The notes beneath the pieces are model-generated. The model saw nothing but the letters and a program-made list of their open reading frames with translations. It was not told the origin of the DNA and searched no databases. From NCBI GenBank assembly GCA_017302715.1, contig JAFLCD010000003.1, positions 83,154 to 147,153 on the forward strand: a stretch of DNA of 64,000 nt, in the 5' to 3' direction. Positions within the stretch are counted from its first letter, which is position 1. Every line of letters starts with the position of its first letter. This DNA comes from Deltaproteobacteria bacterium (lineage in GTDB: Bacteria > Bdellovibrionota > UBA2394). Of the stretch, positions 47,600 to 57,029 are shown one piece after another. The translations under genes were made by a program, and so were the position numbers.

Positions 47600-49041
47600 G
47601 TTTTTGCTTTCTCGATAACTTGATCAACCTGAACAATTCCATTTCCGAACTTATTATTCATACCTTTTCCGCGTTGATCAAGAGCTGTCGAGTTGAGAAT
47701 TGTTGCTAAATCCTCAACGCTTAGCTTTGGATTGGCTTGAAGTGCGAGTGCAGCGACCGCTGAAACGTGTGGAGTCGCCATACTTGTTCCCGAAATTCTC
47801 GCCCAATGTCCGCCATTTTTCTCAGGTGTATGCTCAATCACTTCTTTACCCATTCGCTTAAGCGCTTCGACGATTGTAGAATTTTCTGGAAGCGCGGAGA
47901 GCACGTCTAAACCAGGAGCCGAGATATTCGGCTTCGTATAGAAAACAGGATAAAATTTATTCCACCAAATCGTAGGTCCTCGACTGCTAAACGATGTGAG
48001 TTCTAAATTTTCATCCACTGCGCCGATTGTAAAACTAAATGGATAAGATCCTGGAGCATTGACAGAAAAATAAGAGCTTCCTGAATTTCCAGCTGCAAAT
48101 GCAGGAAGAATTCCAAAACGTCTCCATGTTTTTACGATATTACGAAATCCATACATGAATTGAGTTGATCCACCCCAAGAATTACTAATAATTTTTGGAG
48201 CATCATTTTTATTCGCATCACCACTTGGATTAAGCATCCATTCCATTGCACTTAATAAAGTGGCCAAGCTTGCGCTGCCATTACAATCGAGAACTTTTGC
48301 CATGATGATCTTAGCGCCTGGAGCAACTCCAATGGTTGTTCCACTTGCGTTACCGCCGACGATGGTTCCTGAGACATGTGTTCCATGTCCGTTACAATCT
48401 TTGTTGTCGTTATCTCTCGTAAAATCTTTTTTCAATAAGATTTTTCCGACGAGATCAGGATGTGTTTCATCAACACCTGTATCAATCACACCCACTACAA
48501 CACCTGTTCCGTCGATGCCTTTTTCCCACGCGCTTTTGGCATGAATCACTTGCAAACCATAGGTCATCGATGACTCATCCGTTTTTAAATTGTTGTTCAC
48601 AAAGATAGGTTGATCGAGTGTGACAGTTTTGTTTTCAACAATTCCATCTACATCAGAGTTTTTAGAAAGTTGTTTCAAAGAATTTTTATCTATAGAAATA
48701 ACAATCGCATTTGAACTCCACAGAAACTTTGCTTTCTGTTGTCCGATGATCGCAGAAAATTCTGTCGTTTTGTCTTTGAGAAAATTTGTAGAATAATTTT
48801 TCTCTTGAAACAAAGCCATCTGCTGACTGAGTCCCGAGCGATTTTGGTAGCGAGGTGATTTCAGAAAGACAATCACCTCGCGTTTTTCTACTCCAGCAAA
48901 ATGGTTGACAGTTGGCTGTGCCGACCAATCTTGCAAACTCGGATCAATAAAACTTTGAGCTGCAAAAACATTTGAAATTTCTAATAATAAAAGTACGACG
49001 ATACAGATAGGCAGAGTAAATCTGCCCCAATTAATTTTCAT
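47518..49041 (-). CDS. secreted subtilisin-like serine protease (peptidase S8)
   Basis: Signal peptide. Catalytic triad motifs: Asp (VGVIDTGVDETHPDL), His (HGTHVSGTI), Ser (GTSMATPHVS). The 3' end overlaps the fabD start by 82 nt. Confidence 0.85.
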   Translation of the reverse strand: MKINWGRFTLPICIVVLLLLEISNVFAAQSFIDPSLQDWSAQPTVNHFAGVEKREVIVFLKSPRYQNRSGLSQQMALFQEKNYSTNFLKDKTTEFSAIIGQQKAKFLWSSNAIVISIDKNSLKQLSKNSDVDGIVENKTVTLDQPIFVNNNLKTDESSMTYGLQVIHAKSAWEKGIDGTGVVVGVIDTGVDETHPDLVGKILLKKDFTRDNDNKDCNGHGTHVSGTIVGGNASGTTIGVAPGAKIIMAKVLDCNGSASLATLLSAMEWMLNPSGDANKNDAPKIISNSWGGSTQFMYGFRNIVKTWRRFGILPAFAAGNSGSSYFSVNAPGSYPFSFTIGAVDENLELTSFSSRGPTIWWNKFYPVFYTKPNISAPGLDVLSALPENSTIVEALKRMGKEVIEHTPEKNGGHWARISGTSMATPHVSAVAALALQANPKLSVEDLATILNSTALDQRGKGMNNKFGNGIVQVDQVIEKAKTWQLTNQSSSRSFFQDKDPSLWVWDTP

Positions 49042-49256
49042 GAATCCTCCCCCAGATTTGATTCTAAGCGATGCAGAGCTCCATAGGCGAGTAAGTCTTC
49101 ATGACGCACCAAGAGAACTTGTGCGATTTTTGTGACACAAAAAGATAGTGCATTGAGCTAACGAGCGATTGGCCGAAAAATTAAAAAGGGATTAATCTTA
49201 ATTCTTAGGGTGCAAACTGGCTCCAATCCAGATTTGCGAAATGAAGGAATTTTTGA

Positions 49257-50423
49257 ATGTCAAAAAATGCCAATCAAATTCTCGCCAACCAAATTTTGCA
49301 GCAACTTGCCGATGGACGGTTTAAGGCTGAAGGCCCTTTTGTTGGAATCGATCAATTTTTAGATTCGATTATCGAAAATATTCCCGACATGATTTTTGTA
49401 AAAGATGCCGCTGAGCTTCGTTTTGTTCGGTTTAATAAGGCAGGTGAAGATTTGCTTGGTTACAGTCGCGATCAACTCATCGGAAAAAATGACTATGATT
49501 TTTTTCCTGCCCGAGAAGCTGAGTTTTTTATTCAGAAAGATCGCGAAGTTTTGCATGGAAGAAAATTGGTAGAAATTGCAGAAGAGCCTATTCACACACG
49601 CCTTAAGGGAGCAAGGATTCTGCATACAAAAAAAATTCCTATTTACGATGCCAATGGGGAGCCCGCATATCTTTTAGGAATTTCAGAAGATATCACCGAT
49701 CGAAAGCAAGCCGAGGTAAAGGAGCAACGAAATCGAGAGCTCGAACGATCAAATGCCGAACTCGATCAATTTGCTTCTATTATTGCACATGATCTTCGTG
49801 AACCGATGAGAATGATCTCTATTTATATGAGTCTTTTGCAAAATGAATTTCGCGAAATTATTTCGCCGGTAGCGAAAGAGTATGTAGATTTTGCAATTAA
49901 AGGTACGGCACGAATGAATTCTCTCTTGAAGGATTTACTCGAGTATTCTCAGGCGGGGATTACGAGAGAGCCCATAAAGCCAGTCAACACGATAAAGGTT
50001 TTAAATGATGTCGTTCAAAATTTGACGGCATCGATTGAATCTAAAAACCCTGAAATTGAAATTTCGAATTTACCTAATGTACGCGGAAATTACGGACAAC
50101 TCATTCGCTTGTTTCAAAATCTCATCGAAAATTCTTTAAAGTATTCTGGCCCGCAACCCATCAAAATTCGTGTTTATGCTGAAGAAAGCGATCAAGAATG
50201 GAAATTTTTTGTTCAAGATAACGGCCTTGGCATCGAACCTCGCTACCACGAAAAAATATTTCAGATTTTTCAGCGCTTAAACCCCTCTGATGAAGTTGAA
50301 GGAACAGGTATCGGTCTTTCTATCTGTCGTCGCATTGTCGAAAATCACGGCGGAAAAATCGGCTTATTCTCCGAACTCGGAAAAGGCGCCACTTTCTTTT
50401 TTACGCTACCGAAAGAGATTTAA
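49257..50423 (+). CDS. cytoplasmic PAS-domain sensor histidine kinase
   Basis: PAS region, H-box (ASIIAHDLREPMR), and N/G1/G2 boxes (NLIENSLKYS, DNGLGIEP, GTGIGLSI). Confidence 0.8.
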   Translation: MSKNANQILANQILQQLADGRFKAEGPFVGIDQFLDSIIENIPDMIFVKDAAELRFVRFNKAGEDLLGYSRDQLIGKNDYDFFPAREAEFFIQKDREVLHGRKLVEIAEEPIHTRLKGARILHTKKIPIYDANGEPAYLLGISEDITDRKQAEVKEQRNRELERSNAELDQFASIIAHDLREPMRMISIYMSLLQNEFREIISPVAKEYVDFAIKGTARMNSLLKDLLEYSQAGITREPIKPVNTIKVLNDVVQNLTASIESKNPEIEISNLPNVRGNYGQLIRLFQNLIENSLKYSGPQPIKIRVYAEESDQEWKFFVQDNGLGIEPRYHEKIFQIFQRLNPSDEVEGTGIGLSICRRIVENHGGKIGLFSELGKGATFFFTLPKEI

Positions 50424-50445
50424 TGCTCGTGCCCGGAATCGAACC
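50424..50445 (-). other. 22-nt duplicate of the tRNA-Leu 3' end (T-arm + acceptor), att-like direct repeat / tRNA remnant
   Basis: tgctcgtgcccggaatcgaacc is identical to 50592..50613 of the tRNA gene. Further into the 146-nt spacer the similarity is weaker (GACGCCC...GCGGACC echoing the variable arm). Confidence 0.6.
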
Positions 50446-50590
50446 CTGAAGCCGAGTGATTAACGAGGGTTCAGCCATCCAAGTAATTCATCTCGCGGAG
50501 CGAGATAAGATAAATAAGGTGACGCCCGTAGGGCGGACCGGGTCATGAATTAAAAAGTTTTGCAGAATTTTAGAAATTGGTTTTGTTAGT

Positions 50591-50677
50591 TGGTGCTCGT
50601 GCCCGGAATCGAACCGGGACGCCCTTGCGGACCCAGGATTTTAAGTCCTGTGCGTCTACCAATTCCGCCACACGAGC
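50591..50677 (-). tRNA. tRNA-Leu (anticodon UAA), type II tRNA with long variable arm, CCA encoded
   Basis: Reverse complement GCTCGTGTGGCGGAATTGGTAGACGCACAGGACTTAAAATCCTGGGTCCGCAAGGGCGTCCCGGTTCGATTCCGGGCACGAGCACCA folds as a cloverleaf: 7-bp acceptor, 3-bp D stem, CAGGA/TCCTG anticodon stem with loop CTTAAAA, and a TTCGATT T-loop. Confidence 0.85.
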
Positions 50678-50732
50678 TCAAAACATAGACAAGAAAATAA
50701 ACCTTAAAGTCCGGCCGAACTCAAATGAAATT

Positions 50733-53201
50733 CTATTTAAACTTACCCATCAATCTTAAGGTCACGGGCAGCAAGATCAGCGCTGAAGCCAAGCAGGTGA
50801 ATTCACCGATGATGGCCAACGTAGCAAAGCTTACGAGGGCCTGATTAGAGGCGCCGAGGAGGGTGTAGTAGCCGATGATGGTAGTCAAAGAACAAAGAAA
50901 AACTGCGGCTCCCGAAGTTGATAGAATTTTTCCAAAATTTTTGTAGTTATCTTGTCGACATCTCAAAAAAACATTAATCGGATAATCCACGCCGATTCCA
51001 AAAGTGAGCGGCAGCGCAATGAAATTGAAAAAATTATATTTCAAATCCATAAATCCCTGAATGCCGAGCATCCACCAGGTTGCGACGCAAAGTAAAAATC
51101 CCATCATGATGCCGCTGCCTAAACTGCCCGCTAAAAAAATCGCCGTGATGATGACGCCTAAAAAAGCGATCGCAGAAATAACAGGAGCATCTCTTTTTAA
51201 ACCACGCAAAAGATCCGCCAGAATAAAACTTTCACCCGATGCCTGCACCACCGTCTTTGTTTTTGGCAGTTCGATGCGTTGCAAGCTCGCCGTGTAATTT
51301 AAAAGATTAATTCCATCGTTTAAAGGTTTGTCAGAATCTGGATTTACAAAAGCAATGTATCCTGTTCGCCCATCTTTTTCTGAAAATCTTCGCGCAAGTT
51401 GAGGCGGCAATTCTTTAATCTGTGGCGGATCAAGCTTCATATTCTCACGAATATTTTTAGCCATTTCTTTTTGTTCCGAATGTTTGAGTGCCGGATCGCT
51501 TAAAAGTTTTTTCACTTTTAGCATCTCAGTCTGTCGATCTTTTAAGTCAGGAGTATTTTTGGGAAGTAAATCATAAAGACTCGCGCAAGATTTGATGACA
51601 TTTTTTTCAGGAGATAGTGAAGCCGAAAGTTTTGTGATCGCTGGGCAGAATTCTTCAGCCTGTTCGAGTGAATCAAGCATCACCACAGAAGGAGTCATGC
51701 TGGATGAAAAAACTTTATGAATTCTTCTTTCTACGGCCTCCGTTCCTTCGGTGAGGGCGACTTTGTTTCGTAAATTGTCAAAATTATATTCGATGGGATC
51801 TTTAATGAGGCGAAAAAAACCTATACCAGCGATGAGAGAAGCTAGAATTAACAAACTAGCTATGAATTGAGGGTGTTTGGTTAAATAATTTCCAAAAGCT
51901 CTCACAGATTTAGAAAAATATTTCTCAAGTGGATTGGCATAATTTTTAACCGGCCATCGAAGCTCAAGTTGATAGAGCCAAAGTGGAAGAAGTGAATAAG
52001 CAGCTATCCAACAAAGCGCAATTCCTAAACATCCAATAAAACCAAATTGAGAAAGTCCTTTGTTGTCGGCAAAGAGCAAACTTAAAAAAGCGACCACCGT
52101 TGTAATTGAAGCGATTAAAGTTGCTGTGCACGTTGCACCAATCGATTGTTCAATAGCCTCGCGCGCCGAAACTTTTTCTTTTCTCAGCTCGAGATAGCGA
52201 GAAATCAGAATCACTCCGTAGTTGATACCGGTTCCGACGACCAGGCTTCCTAAAAAAGCAGTTTGTGTATTTAAATAGCCGATATGTAATTTGGTTATTC
52301 CAAAAGTCCAAGCCACTGCGAACATAAGATTCACAATTAAAAGCGCGATCGTTCTAAACGACCAAAAAAATAAAAAGACAACTGAAAGAATCAGCGCGAC
52401 TAACAAAAGTGCGGTGTCGATGATGTCACTTCGAATTGTATTAAATTCATAAATCGCGCTTTGCACGCTTCCGGCTAAGTTGACCTTCATCTCTGGATGA
52501 AAAGATTTTGGATCGAGCTCATCGATCATGTTCTGAATTTGCTTTGTAAGTTCAACGCTTCCGCTGAATCCTAAGCTGCTTCCGAGGGGTCGTAGCGAAA
52601 GAACCATTATTTTTCCTTCGTCTGCACTTAAGTAGGCATCTCGGTATTTTAAAAACATTTGCAATCGCGGATCGACTCGCTCAATGGGGCTCAATTTTTT
52701 TTCTGAAGATTCATTTTTGTCGCCCTCATCTAAGCCAAGACCAATCGCAGAATCTTTTGCTGTCGCAATTTCATCCTCGATTTCAGCTTCAAATTTCTTT
52801 AATTCTTCGAGCCCGAGATAATGCAATCCATACTTATGAATAAAATCTTGAACGTCTTGGTAGCGATATTCAAAAAATCGGAGAGATTTTCCAACGAGAG
52901 GTTGAAGTTTTGTCGCTAAAGCTTCTGTGAACTTACGATTGCTTTCGTATTCAGGGCCTTCGATTCCTACAAGAAGCAATCCCGTTCCACCGATTCGCTC
53001 GCCAGCTTTTTTTAATGAAACAACACTCGAAAGTTTTTCGGGTAGAAGTTCTGCGAAATCTGTTCGAAGTTGCAGTCCTGTAGCAACCCAAACGCTAAGT
53101 GCAGTGATTATAAAAATAAATAAGTTGAGCGCTATTCGATGACGATAGAGCCAATCAAAATAAACTTTAGCCGATCGAATTTTCGAATTCTTAAACAGCA
53201 T
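50733..53201 (-). CDS. MMPL/RND-superfamily membrane transporter (two 6-TM bundles with large periplasmic loops)
   Basis: 822 aa with an N-terminal TM helix, a large loop, a 5-6-TM cluster, a second large loop and a second TM cluster. This is the MMPL/HpnN-like sterol-sensing-domain architecture. Confidence 0.7.
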   Translation of the reverse strand: MLFKNSKIRSAKVYFDWLYRHRIALNLFIFIITALSVWVATGLQLRTDFAELLPEKLSSVVSLKKAGERIGGTGLLLVGIEGPEYESNRKFTEALATKLQPLVGKSLRFFEYRYQDVQDFIHKYGLHYLGLEELKKFEAEIEDEIATAKDSAIGLGLDEGDKNESSEKKLSPIERVDPRLQMFLKYRDAYLSADEGKIMVLSLRPLGSSLGFSGSVELTKQIQNMIDELDPKSFHPEMKVNLAGSVQSAIYEFNTIRSDIIDTALLLVALILSVVFLFFWSFRTIALLIVNLMFAVAWTFGITKLHIGYLNTQTAFLGSLVVGTGINYGVILISRYLELRKEKVSAREAIEQSIGATCTATLIASITTVVAFLSLLFADNKGLSQFGFIGCLGIALCWIAAYSLLPLWLYQLELRWPVKNYANPLEKYFSKSVRAFGNYLTKHPQFIASLLILASLIAGIGFFRLIKDPIEYNFDNLRNKVALTEGTEAVERRIHKVFSSSMTPSVVMLDSLEQAEEFCPAITKLSASLSPEKNVIKSCASLYDLLPKNTPDLKDRQTEMLKVKKLLSDPALKHSEQKEMAKNIRENMKLDPPQIKELPPQLARRFSEKDGRTGYIAFVNPDSDKPLNDGINLLNYTASLQRIELPKTKTVVQASGESFILADLLRGLKRDAPVISAIAFLGVIITAIFLAGSLGSGIMMGFLLCVATWWMLGIQGFMDLKYNFFNFIALPLTFGIGVDYPINVFLRCRQDNYKNFGKILSTSGAAVFLCSLTTIIGYYTLLGASNQALVSFATLAIIGEFTCLASALILLPVTLRLMGKFK

Positions 53202-53396
53202 AAGATAAGGCTATTTTAGGCCTCTGAATGAAGAAGACAAAACTCAAAAAACATGAATTGTGAAACTTTTCTCATAATTTAGCTCACTTTTTCATGAAAT
53301 CTGTCTCTGTGCTTGGCTGGCGAAAATACTTGCTCGCGATTTCCTCATATTCCTGCTAGCTGAAAATTCGTTAAGGCTAGAAATGCGTCTAAAAAA

Positions 53397-55670
53397 ATGA
53401 GTAAAGAGATGAATATTATAGAATTTGAACTTCCTGCCTTTGGTCGAATGGCTGCATCTAAATTGCGTGAAACTCCGCAAGTTTCAGACATTATCAATTC
53501 TTTATCTCAACCCATTATTGCTCTCGATAGGCGCTTACATGTGACTGCGATTAATAAAGCTTTTCACGAAGCTTTTTTTCTGTGGACAGGTGTTCGTCTT
53601 TATCTCGGCATGAATTATTTAGAAGTTCTTCCTAAAGAAGTTGTTCCTGAGCGTTTAACTTTTTATCGCCGCGCATTTTCAGGCGAAGGATTTTCTTTAG
53701 AACAGGATTATAATTTGGCCGGAGAAATTCATACATTTCTCGTAACTTATGATCCTATTTATTCTGGCGGCGAGGTCATCGGAATCATTGGAAGCGCAAA
53801 AGACATTACCGAACAAAAGTTAATCGAAAAAAGTTTAAGAGAAGCTAATTTAAAATTTGAAAATTCTTTTAGGTTTAATTCAGTAGGGATGGCGTTGATC
53901 GAACCCACTGGCCAATTTTTAAAAGCAAATGCGACGCTTTGTAAAATGCTCGGCTATTCAGAAGAAGAAATGAAAACAAAATCATTTCCGATGATTACTC
54001 ATCCAGAAGATTTAGAAAAAAGTTTTGATATTTTTCAGAGACTTGTAAAGGGCGAGCTTGAATGGGCTCACATCGAAAAAAGATATCTTCATAAGTCGGG
54101 CAAAGTTATTCAGGCAATTTTAAGTTCTTCATTCGTTCGTGAAGAAGATGGAACGCCTCTTTATTTTATCTCAGTCGTTCAGGATATTTCGGAACGTAAA
54201 CGTGCCGAAGATGAATTGTTAAATAGCGAGCGACGCGTCGTCAATATGATGAAAGTAGCTCCAGTTGGAATTTATCAAACGGATGTCGAGCGAGATTGTA
54301 TCTATGTCAATGATCGATGGTGTGAGTTGACGGGACTTTCTTCTCAAGAGGTGACCGGAAACTCTTGGATTAAATCTGTTTATCAAGAAGATGTCCGAGA
54401 TGTAGAGCAAGAGCTCAAGCGATGCCAAGAATCGAAAGATGTATTTTCTTTAGAATATCGACTGCGCAAATCGACAGGTGAAATTACTTGGGTGCACGGA
54501 CGAGAAATTCCGCTCCGAGATGAAAAGGGAGCTTTGGTTGGCTATATGGGAGCCATTCAAGATATTTCTAAAATTAAAGAGGCTGAAAAAGTTCGCGAAA
54601 GACTTATCTATATATTAGATGCCACGCCTGACATCGTAGGCATCTTTGATATTCATGGAAAAAGTATTTATCTCAATGAAGCTGCGCGAGAGGTTTTGGG
54701 ATTAGATGCAGATGATTTAGATGTTGGACAAACAAGTTGGGAGATGTATCCGACTTGGGCCGAAGAACTTATTCGCAATCAAGGAATTCCCGCTGCTTCT
54801 CGCGATGGTTTTTGGAAAGGCGAAACTTCAATTATTCATCACGATGGACGTGAGATTCCGCTCTCTCAAATTATTTTAGCTCACAAAAATAAAGATGGAG
54901 TTGTTGAATATTTTTCAACCATTGGTCGAGATATGTCGCGACAAAAAGAATTTATGGCAGAGCTTGCAAGATCAAATACTGAGCTCGAGCAATTTGCTTA
55001 CGTTGCTTCTCATGATTTGCAAGAACCTCTGCGGATGATTGTCAGTTATTTGCAGTTTTTAGATTTGGAATATCGCGAGCAATTAAGTCCTGAAGCAGAT
55101 GAATATTTGCACTTCGCGGTCAACGGCGCGAAGAGAATGAGCAGACTGATTAAAGATCTTTTAACTTATTCCAAAGTAGGCCGTAGCGAATTTAAAACGA
55201 AAAGTGTCGATTGCGGAGCTATTTTAGATGTCGTTCAAGAGCAACTTCGCACCATGATTCAACAGGCTGAAGGATTGGTTGAAGTCGGACCATTGCCAAC
55301 AGTGAATGCAGATGAATCTCAGTTGATGAGACTTTTTCAAAACTTAATGGAGAATGCGATTAAATATAGAGGAAAAATTTCTCCCAAAGTCAAAGTGAGC
55401 GCTCATCAACAATCTGGAAAATGGGTTTTCTGTGTTTCAGATAATGGTCGCGGTTTTGAAATGAAAGATGTGAATAGAATTTTTAGACTCTTTCAGCGTT
55501 TGCATGATCGAGAAGAATATCCTGGTAGTGGAATTGGTCTGGCCATCGCGAAGTCTATTGTAGAACGCCACGGTGGAAAAATTTGGGCGGAATCTAAAGT
55601 AAATGAAGGCTCGAATTTTTATTTTACACTTTCTGATTGTATGGCAGCCGAGAAGGAACTTGTGAGATGA
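53397..55670 (+). CDS. multi-PAS sensor histidine kinase (cytoplasmic)
   Basis: 757 aa with several PAS/PAC repeats, H-box (ASHDLQEPLRM), and N/G1/G2 boxes (NLMENAIKYR, DNGRGFE, GSGIGLAIA). Confidence 0.85.
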   Translation: MSKEMNIIEFELPAFGRMAASKLRETPQVSDIINSLSQPIIALDRRLHVTAINKAFHEAFFLWTGVRLYLGMNYLEVLPKEVVPERLTFYRRAFSGEGFSLEQDYNLAGEIHTFLVTYDPIYSGGEVIGIIGSAKDITEQKLIEKSLREANLKFENSFRFNSVGMALIEPTGQFLKANATLCKMLGYSEEEMKTKSFPMITHPEDLEKSFDIFQRLVKGELEWAHIEKRYLHKSGKVIQAILSSSFVREEDGTPLYFISVVQDISERKRAEDELLNSERRVVNMMKVAPVGIYQTDVERDCIYVNDRWCELTGLSSQEVTGNSWIKSVYQEDVRDVEQELKRCQESKDVFSLEYRLRKSTGEITWVHGREIPLRDEKGALVGYMGAIQDISKIKEAEKVRERLIYILDATPDIVGIFDIHGKSIYLNEAAREVLGLDADDLDVGQTSWEMYPTWAEELIRNQGIPAASRDGFWKGETSIIHHDGREIPLSQIILAHKNKDGVVEYFSTIGRDMSRQKEFMAELARSNTELEQFAYVASHDLQEPLRMIVSYLQFLDLEYREQLSPEADEYLHFAVNGAKRMSRLIKDLLTYSKVGRSEFKTKSVDCGAILDVVQEQLRTMIQQAEGLVEVGPLPTVNADESQLMRLFQNLMENAIKYRGKISPKVKVSAHQQSGKWVFCVSDNGRGFEMKDVNRIFRLFQRLHDREEYPGSGIGLAIAKSIVERHGGKIWAESKVNEGSNFYFTLSDCMAAEKELVR

Positions 55671-56110
55671 CCCCATCTGGAAGGCATATTTTACTAGTCG
55701 AAGACAATTTGGCAGATGCCAAATTGGCTATGAAAATTTTAAATCAATCGGCAGAAATTGAGCGCGTTCATCATGTAACGGATGGTGATCAAGCGATGAA
55801 TTTTCTCAATCGAGTGGACGCATTTGTAGAAGCCCCGATTCCAGATTTGATAATTTTAGATTTAAATTTGCCGCGCCGAGGTGGTCGGGAAATTTTAAAA
55901 GAAATAAAAGAGAATCCAAGGTTTCAACAGATTCCAGTCGTCATTTTGACGTCTTCAGATTCCGAAAGCGATGTGATGGCTTGCTTGCGTTTGCATGCAA
56001 ATGCCTATGTCACAAAGGCTTTAGATCTTTTTCAATTTGTTGAAGTTTTACATTCTTTAGAAAAATTTTGGCTAGTGTCTGCAAAACTGCCAATGAAATC
56101 GAGTCAATGA
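55667..56110 (+). CDS. single-domain response regulator (CheY/Rcp1-like receiver)
   Basis: ILLVEDNLADAKL...DLIILDLNLP...T..IPVVILTSS...K: a receiver fold with no output domain. ATGA overlap with the kinase stop. Confidence 0.8.
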   Translation: MTPSGRHILLVEDNLADAKLAMKILNQSAEIERVHHVTDGDQAMNFLNRVDAFVEAPIPDLIILDLNLPRRGGREILKEIKENPRFQQIPVVILTSSDSESDVMACLRLHANAYVTKALDLFQFVEVLHSLEKFWLVSAKLPMKSSQ

Positions 56111-56865
56111 TGAGCGATCAAATTTACACACAACAACTTCTCTTGGTTGAAGATAATCCTGGCGATGCTTTTTTAGTGAAAAAATATTTGTCAGCGCAAA
56201 ATACGAATCGTTTTGAGATTACGCATGTGACTCATCTCGCAGCTGCGATAGATGCTCTCCAATCAAAAGCTTTCTATGCCATTCTTTTAGATCTCTCCCT
56301 CCCTGATTCGCAGGGACTTGAAACTATCCGTCAGATCGCCAAACTTTTTCCTAAAGTTCCTGTCGTCGTTATGACAGGCCTTGATGATGAAGCTACAAGC
56401 ATGAATGCACTCAAAGAAGGTGCACAAGATTATCTATTTAAGTCTGAGAGAGATTTGGTAAATCTTGAGCGCTCCATTAAATATGCGGTGGAGAGAAATC
56501 GTATTCAAGAATCTAAAATTGAAGCAGGCATTCGAAATCGTGAAGGTAGTGCCGAAACCATGACGTCTGTTCAGAGTGGTAACCTTAAATTAAATCTTAT
56601 CAATCAAACGGTAAGCATTACTCATAATGAGCAATCGCAAACATTTGATTTGCCACCTCGGGAATTTAAACTTTTATTTTTTCTTATTAAAAATGAAGGA
56701 AAATCAGTTACTCGTTCCGAAATTTTAAATCATGTATGGAGTGATGAGGGCTCTAAGCCAAATCCTCGATGTATCGATACACTTATTAGCTCTCTTAAGA
56801 AGAAGTCAGACTTTTTTGGAAAACGAATCGAGTCCATTTACGGTACTGGTTATAAATTTATTTAA
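56107..56865 (+). CDS. response regulator, receiver + long linker + OmpR/PhoB-type winged-helix DNA-binding domain
   Basis: Receiver (LLLVEDNPGDAFL...ILLDLSLPDSQG...VPVVVMTG), then a linker of about 60 aa, then trans_reg_C-like TFDLPPREFKLLFFLIKNEGKSVTRSEILNHVW...RCIDTLISSLKKK...IYGTGYKF. Confidence 0.7.
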   Translation: MMSDQIYTQQLLLVEDNPGDAFLVKKYLSAQNTNRFEITHVTHLAAAIDALQSKAFYAILLDLSLPDSQGLETIRQIAKLFPKVPVVVMTGLDDEATSMNALKEGAQDYLFKSERDLVNLERSIKYAVERNRIQESKIEAGIRNREGSAETMTSVQSGNLKLNLINQTVSITHNEQSQTFDLPPREFKLLFFLIKNEGKSVTRSEILNHVWSDEGSKPNPRCIDTLISSLKKKSDFFGKRIESIYGTGYKFI

Positions 56866-57029
56866 TTTATTAACATTTAATAAAATTTAAATTGCGAGTG
56901 ATTTTAAGTACATAAACTTTAGTTAGATGAGCCAATTTCTGGGCGATTTCACTCGACAAGATTTCTAATTTTGCGATCTTAAATTAAACATAGGGTTAGT
57001 TCGTTCGTATCATCGAGAAGGGATAAATT

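Noticed and set aside
50577-50759. 60-aa ORF
   Set aside because: Overlaps the tRNA-Leu gene and its flanks; not coding.
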